NCBI GenBank assembly: GCA_963842215.1 | Contig: CAWJFQ010000001.1 | Span: 1,030,156-1,094,155, forward strand | DNA length: 64,000 nt | Origin: an uncultured delta proteobacterium | GTDB taxonomy: Bacteria > Desulfobacterota > Binatia > Binatales > Binataceae | Direction of reading: 5' to 3' | Shown here: positions 60,108 through 64,000 of the stretch, in pieces | How the letters are laid out: every line of letters begins with the position of its first letter | Numbering within the stretch: the first letter of the stretch is position 1 | Position numbers and translations under genes: made by a program | Notes under the pieces: generated by a model | What the model saw: the letters and a program-made list of their open reading frames with translations, nothing else | What the model was told of the DNA's origin: nothing | Database searches by the model: none

Positions 60108-60866
60108 ATGGCCCGACTTACCGGCAAAGTCGCAATCGTAACCGGCGCCGCCAATGGAATCGGGCGCGCGATTGCGTCACGACTCGCCGAGGAAGGCGCC
60201 AGCGTAGCGCTTGCTGATATACAATTCGATTCGGCCGAAAATGCCGCCGCGGAGATTCGTTCGACCGGCGCCAAAGCGATCGCCGTTGCCCTCGACGTCA
60301 CCAAATTGGATCAGGCGAACGCTGCGGCGGACCGCGTCGAGCAGAAACTCGGACCAATCGACATCCTTGTGAACAACGCCGGATGGGACATGCTTTTCCA
60401 ATTCGTCGAAACCACTCCCGACTTCTGGGACAAAGTGATCGCGATCAACTATCGCGGCGTCCTCAACTGCTGCAAAGCCGTGGCGCCCCGGATGCAATCG
60501 CGCGGCGCCGGCAAAATCATCTCGATCTCTTCCGACGCCGCCCGCGTTGGCTCGAGCGGCGAAGCGGTTTACGCAGGATGCAAAGCTGCCATTATCGCCT
60601 TCTCCAAAACCCTCGCGCGCGAGCTCGCCCGGAATCATATCAATGTCAATGTCGTCTGCCCGGGACCGACCGACACCGGCCTGCTTAAGACCGCGATGGC
60701 GGGGCGCGAGAAAGTGCTCGAGTCTATGGCGCGCGGCATTCCATTTCGCCGCCTCGGGCAACCAGCCGACCTCGCTGGCGCGGTTGCATTCTTCGCCAGC
60801 TCCGACGCGGACTTCGTCACGGGCCAGGTCCTCAGCGTAAGCGGCGGCCTGACCATGGCGGGTTGA
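60108..60866 (+). CDS. SDR-family oxidoreductase (FabG/EntA-like)
   Basis: VTGAANGIGRA, NNAG, AVYAGCKAA (YxxxK). Confidence 0.8.
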   Translation: MARLTGKVAIVTGAANGIGRAIASRLAEEGASVALADIQFDSAENAAAEIRSTGAKAIAVALDVTKLDQANAAADRVEQKLGPIDILVNNAGWDMLFQFVETTPDFWDKVIAINYRGVLNCCKAVAPRMQSRGAGKIISISSDAARVGSSGEAVYAGCKAAIIAFSKTLARELARNHINVNVVCPGPTDTGLLKTAMAGREKVLESMARGIPFRRLGQPADLAGAVAFFASSDADFVTGQVLSVSGGLTMAG

Positions 60867-60943
60867 AATTGATTCAGCGGCGGCGGATGATTATCTGAAC
60901 TAGCGTTCAGAACGACAATTCGCTGTGTGAGGAATTACTGTCG

Positions 60944-61684
60944 ATGAGCAATCCTGCCCCTGCCACCGATATCCGCTTTGCCAGCCCTGACGGCCTTCCT
61001 GCCGACTACAAAGATCTTCTGATCCGGATGCTGTCGATACAGTCGCGCATCGAGTCCGAATACATGCTCGCGCCCGAGCGCACTCTCCTGAAACCGCTCG
61101 CGATGGCTCCCACGGCCGAAGACAAAGCCGAGTACGCGGCATTCTGGTCCGATGAAGTCCGACACGCCAGCTACTGGATGAAGCTGCTCGAAGACCTCGG
61201 CGTCACGGTCGACGCCAAGTTCATGGCCACTCCGATGCCGATCTACATTTTCGAAATGCGCGACCAGGCCGAAGATTGGCTCGAGTACGGACTGTTCAGC
61301 TTCTTCGCCGACCGCCAGGGCGCCTACATGGGATACGAATGGGTCGGATGCAGCTACGAGCCGCTCGCCCGAATCGCGGAACGCGTGCATCAGGAAGAAG
61401 TCGGTCACGCTGCGCTGGGCTATCGGTTCATTCGCAGGTATCTGCGGCGTGAAGGAGATCGCGGACGCGAATTGTTGATCAAGCATCTCGCCAAATGGTA
61501 CCCCGCCGGCCTCGACATGTTCGGCAAGTCCGGGTCCAAGCGGCAATTTGACTATGTCCGATGGGGCCTGCGCCGTCGCAGCAACGAGCAGATGCGCGAC
61601 GAATTCACTGAAGAGGTCAACAGTCTTCTGACCAAGCTCGAGATATCGATTCCCGATCCGGCCGCCGGCCGCCGTTTCAGCTAG
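60944..61684 (+). CDS. ferritin-like di-iron protein of the phenylacetate-CoA oxygenase PaaA/PaaC family (putative)
   Basis: 246 aa with two ExxH motifs (SDEVRHASYW; HQEEVGHAALGY), spaced as in di-iron carboxylate oxygenase subunits. Confidence 0.45.
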   Translation: MSNPAPATDIRFASPDGLPADYKDLLIRMLSIQSRIESEYMLAPERTLLKPLAMAPTAEDKAEYAAFWSDEVRHASYWMKLLEDLGVTVDAKFMATPMPIYIFEMRDQAEDWLEYGLFSFFADRQGAYMGYEWVGCSYEPLARIAERVHQEEVGHAALGYRFIRRYLRREGDRGRELLIKHLAKWYPAGLDMFGKSGSKRQFDYVRWGLRRRSNEQMRDEFTEEVNSLLTKLEISIPDPAAGRRFS

Positions 61685-61693
61685 GGTAATGAA

Positions 61694-62356
61694 TTGAAAA
61701 AAGCCAATCTCGGGGAAGCGCCAAAGCGCGTCGCACGAATCAAGCCGGCCTCGCGCGCGATTGCGCTTGACGAGCGCTACGATGCGAACATCGACCACAT
61801 TTTGCGCTCGGCGGCCGCGGTCTTCGCCGAAAAGAGTTTCGGCCTCGCATCGATTCGCGACATCGCGTCGCGGGCACGAATTTCCTTTCCCCGCATTTAC
61901 TATTACCTGCGCAACAAGGAAGAGATTCTCTACCTCATCTCGCAGCGGGCGTTTGAACAACTGGTTTCGCTCGCCGAATCGCGCACGTCGGCGACTGAAG
62001 ACCCCGAAGAGCGCCTGCGCCTTTTCATCCGCAGTCATCTCGAATACCACATGAACAATCTCGCCGAGATGAAGGTGCTCGTGCGCGAGGCCGATTCGCT
62101 CACTGGCCGCTACGCCGCCGACATCACGCGCCTGAAGCGCGAGTATTCGCGCATCTGCCGCCGCCTGCTCGAAGCTTACGCCGCGCATCGCAACACCACG
62201 CTCGACCGGGAGCAGGCGCGAATCCTTACCTCCCTGCTGTTTGGCGCGATGAACTGGTTTTACACCTGGTACGAACCCAGCCGCGATTACGAACAGCGCG
62301 GCCGTATCATGGACGAATGCTTCCGCATGATCGCAGGAACTCTGTCAGCCAGGTAA
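61694..62356 (+). CDS. TetR/AcrR-family transcriptional regulator
   Basis: An N-terminal helix-turn-helix (FGLASIRDIASRARISFPRIYYYLRNKEEIL) plus a C-terminal ligand-binding helical domain. Confidence 0.8.
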   Translation: MKKANLGEAPKRVARIKPASRAIALDERYDANIDHILRSAAAVFAEKSFGLASIRDIASRARISFPRIYYYLRNKEEILYLISQRAFEQLVSLAESRTSATEDPEERLRLFIRSHLEYHMNNLAEMKVLVREADSLTGRYAADITRLKREYSRICRRLLEAYAAHRNTTLDREQARILTSLLFGAMNWFYTWYEPSRDYEQRGRIMDECFRMIAGTLSAR

Positions 62357-62381
62357 CACCGGGCAAATAGCGACGACGACG

Positions 62382-64000
62382 ATGCTCGAAGGATGCGTGC
62401 CATTTCCCGCCGAATTCGCGGAACGATACATCCGCGCAGGATTCTGGCGCCGCGGAACCATCGCCCAGGCAATCGCGAAGTCTGCCCAACAACGCCCCGA
62501 CTCAATCGCGGTCGCCGATTCGACCCGAAGCCTGACCCACTCGCAACTAATCGCGGAAGCGGGCAGTGTCGCCGCCCTGCTCTCTCGCGAAGGTATCGCG
62601 CGCAACGATCGCGTAGTCATCCAACTCCCCAACTGCGTCGAATTCGCGACGTTGACCATCGCATGTCTCGAAATTGGCGCGATTCCTGTCATGGCACTGG
62701 CGGCCTTTCGAAGAGCCGAGCTCGAATATTTAGTGTCCTTCTCCGATGCAAAAGCTATCGCCATCGCACCCGAACATCGCGGCTTCGATCACGCCGCACT
62801 AGCGCGCGATCTCAAGGCTAAGCTTCCAATTCTGCAGTCCATCCTCTCGACTCGACCCGCAAACGGATGTGTGTCGTTGCTCGAAGCCTGTCGTCCCCCG
62901 CACGCGATCGGATCTTCGGCTGGGGATTCATTCGATGTCGCCCTTTTTCTACTTTCCGGTGGCACCACCGGCATGCCGAAACTGATACCGCGCACTCACG
63001 CCGACTATTTGTACAATGCACGCGAGTCCGCCGCCGTATCCGGTCTGACCGCCGAGTCGCGAATCCTGCTTGCGCTTCCCTCGGAGCACAATTTTGCCCT
63101 GGCCTGCCCCGGGTTGATCGGCGCGCTGCTAACCGGCGCGACTACGTTCTTCAGTCACTCATCTCGGGCGTCCGACCTCGCGACCACAATCGAGCGCGAA
63201 CAAATTACGCATATGCCATGCGTCCCGGCGCTCGCGATCGCACTGCTGGAGCTTCCACAATCTTCACGCGCAGCGCTCGCCTCGCTTCGCGTTATAACGG
63301 TGGGCGGACAGCGGCTCCAGGAGCCCACGGCTTGTGCCTTCAAGAGCGCCTTTCCGAACGTAGTCATGCAACAAGTGCTCGGGATGGCGGAAGGATTGCT
63401 CTGCTACACGCGTCTCGATGAACCCGACGAGGTTGCTTTCAGGACCCAAGGCCATCCACTTTCGCCGGCCGACGAGATTCGCATCGTCAACTACGCCGGG
63501 ACAGACGTCGCAGCCGGTGAAGTCGGCGAGCTCTGGTGCCGCGGCCCCTATACGATTCGCGGTTACTTCCGAGCTACCGAGCGCAACCGCGAAGCCTTCA
63601 CCGCCGATGGGTTTTATCGTACCGGCGACCTCGTGCGACTCGATCGGTCGGGCAACCTCGTGGTCGAGGGACGAATCAAAGATCTCATCAATCGTGGTGG
63701 CGAAAAAATAAATGCTGAAGAAATCGAAGCTCACCTGATCGCTCATCCCGTCGTCAGCGCCGTCGCCGTCGTGGCGATGCCGGACGCTACTCTGGGTGAG
63801 AAGGCGTGCGCCTATCTGACTGTCCGAAATGGACGAAACCTGCCAATCGCCGCGATGCGCGAGTTTCTCGCGGTTCGCGGAGTGGCGCAATTCAAATGGC
63901 CCGAACGAATAGAAATCGTGGACGAATTGCCGCTAACCAACGTGGGCAAGGTCAAAAAGTCCGAACTGCGGCGTGACATCGCGCACAAACTCGCCGTCGA
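62382..64000 (+). CDS. aryl-acid (2,3-dihydroxybenzoate/salicylate-type) AMP ligase, EntE/DhbE-like, 3'-partial
   Basis: Near-collinear with EntE: FPAEFAERYIRAGFW, LSGGTTGMPKLIPRTHADYLYN, QQVLGMAEGLLCYTRLDEPDE, FYRTGDLVRLDRSGNLVVEGRIKDLINRGGEKINAEEIE, and the terminal VGKVKKSELR. The ORF runs off the window end. Confidence 0.8.
   Translation, partial: MLEGCVPFPAEFAERYIRAGFWRRGTIAQAIAKSAQQRPDSIAVADSTRSLTHSQLIAEAGSVAALLSREGIARNDRVVIQLPNCVEFATLTIACLEIGAIPVMALAAFRRAELEYLVSFSDAKAIAIAPEHRGFDHAALARDLKAKLPILQSILSTRPANGCVSLLEACRPPHAIGSSAGDSFDVALFLLSGGTTGMPKLIPRTHADYLYNARESAAVSGLTAESRILLALPSEHNFALACPGLIGALLTGATTFFSHSSRASDLATTIEREQITHMPCVPALAIALLELPQSSRAALASLRVITVGGQRLQEPTACAFKSAFPNVVMQQVLGMAEGLLCYTRLDEPDEVAFRTQGHPLSPADEIRIVNYAGTDVAAGEVGELWCRGPYTIRGYFRATERNREAFTADGFYRTGDLVRLDRSGNLVVEGRIKDLINRGGEKINAEEIEAHLIAHPVVSAVAVVAMPDATLGEKACAYLTVRNGRNLPIAAMREFLAVRGVAQFKWPERIEIVDELPLTNVGKVKKSELRRDIAHKLAV

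Noticed and set aside
45-64000. Numerous antisense or out-of-frame ORFs of 60-200 aa rich in Arg/Ala/Gly/Pro (e.g. 612-1082, 1964-3094, 5589-6806, 34643-36091, 39989-40948)
   Set aside because: These are typical stop-codon-poor shadow frames of high-GC DNA. They overlap well-supported genes on the other strand or frame and have low-complexity composition.
1-64000. CRISPR arrays, rRNA or tRNA genes, prophage structural genes
   Set aside because: No short direct-repeat or spacer arrays, no rRNA-like conserved stretches, and no capsid/terminase-like ORFs were seen. The only phage-like gene (RusA-like) lies inside the IS1595 unit.

Overview
This 64 kb window is a high-GC (about 65%) bacterial chromosomal segment, almost entirely coding. 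It has a Gram-negative flavour: a Mla/Mce-type lipid ABC system with a PqiC-like lipoprotein, a DUF1329 protein, and a Tat-exported multicopper oxidase.

Housekeeping and metabolic genes: aconitase A, an Lhr-like helicase, a di-haem cytochrome c (DUF1111), a PLP-dependent trans-sulfuration enzyme, and a large PAS-rich hybrid histidine kinase with a separate Hpt protein. There is an orphan nuoB-nuoF-nuoG trio, a beta-lactamase-fold hydrolase with a C-terminal membrane domain, a zinc alcohol dehydrogenase, and a 2-oxoacid dehydrogenase E1alpha/E1beta/E2 operon. A coenzyme F420 biosynthesis cluster (cofG-cofH-cofD-cofE) is followed by a polyprenyl synthase and an FAD-dependent reductase. An F420/FMN-type PNPOx-fold protein sits elsewhere in the window.

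Accessory content:
- 47786-50156: a 2.37 kb lower-GC IS1595-family transposable unit with 24-bp terminal inverted repeats and a perfect 8-bp target-site duplication (TTTGACGT). It carries a RusA-like nuclease plus unknown passenger genes and inserted about 30 bp upstream of imuA.
- 50195-56677: an imuA-imuB-dnaE2 mutagenesis cassette, interrupted by a brnT/brnA toxin-antitoxin pair.
- 37935-38900: an IS66 transposase remnant fused in frame to a class A beta-lactamase that has lost its signal peptide.
- 1210-1503 and 39338-39694: two paralogous small secreted Cys-pair proteins of an apparently unnamed family.
- At the 3' end: SDR x3, a PaaA/PaaC-like di-iron protein, a TetR regulator and an EntE-like aryl-AMP ligase that runs off the window.

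At least six genes (thiO, the DUF1028 gene twice, cofD, brnT, dnaE2) carry single-nucleotide frameshifts, and two passenger genes in the IS1595 unit probably do too. These are either real pseudogenes or indel errors in the assembly. I found no rRNA, tRNA or CRISPR array.
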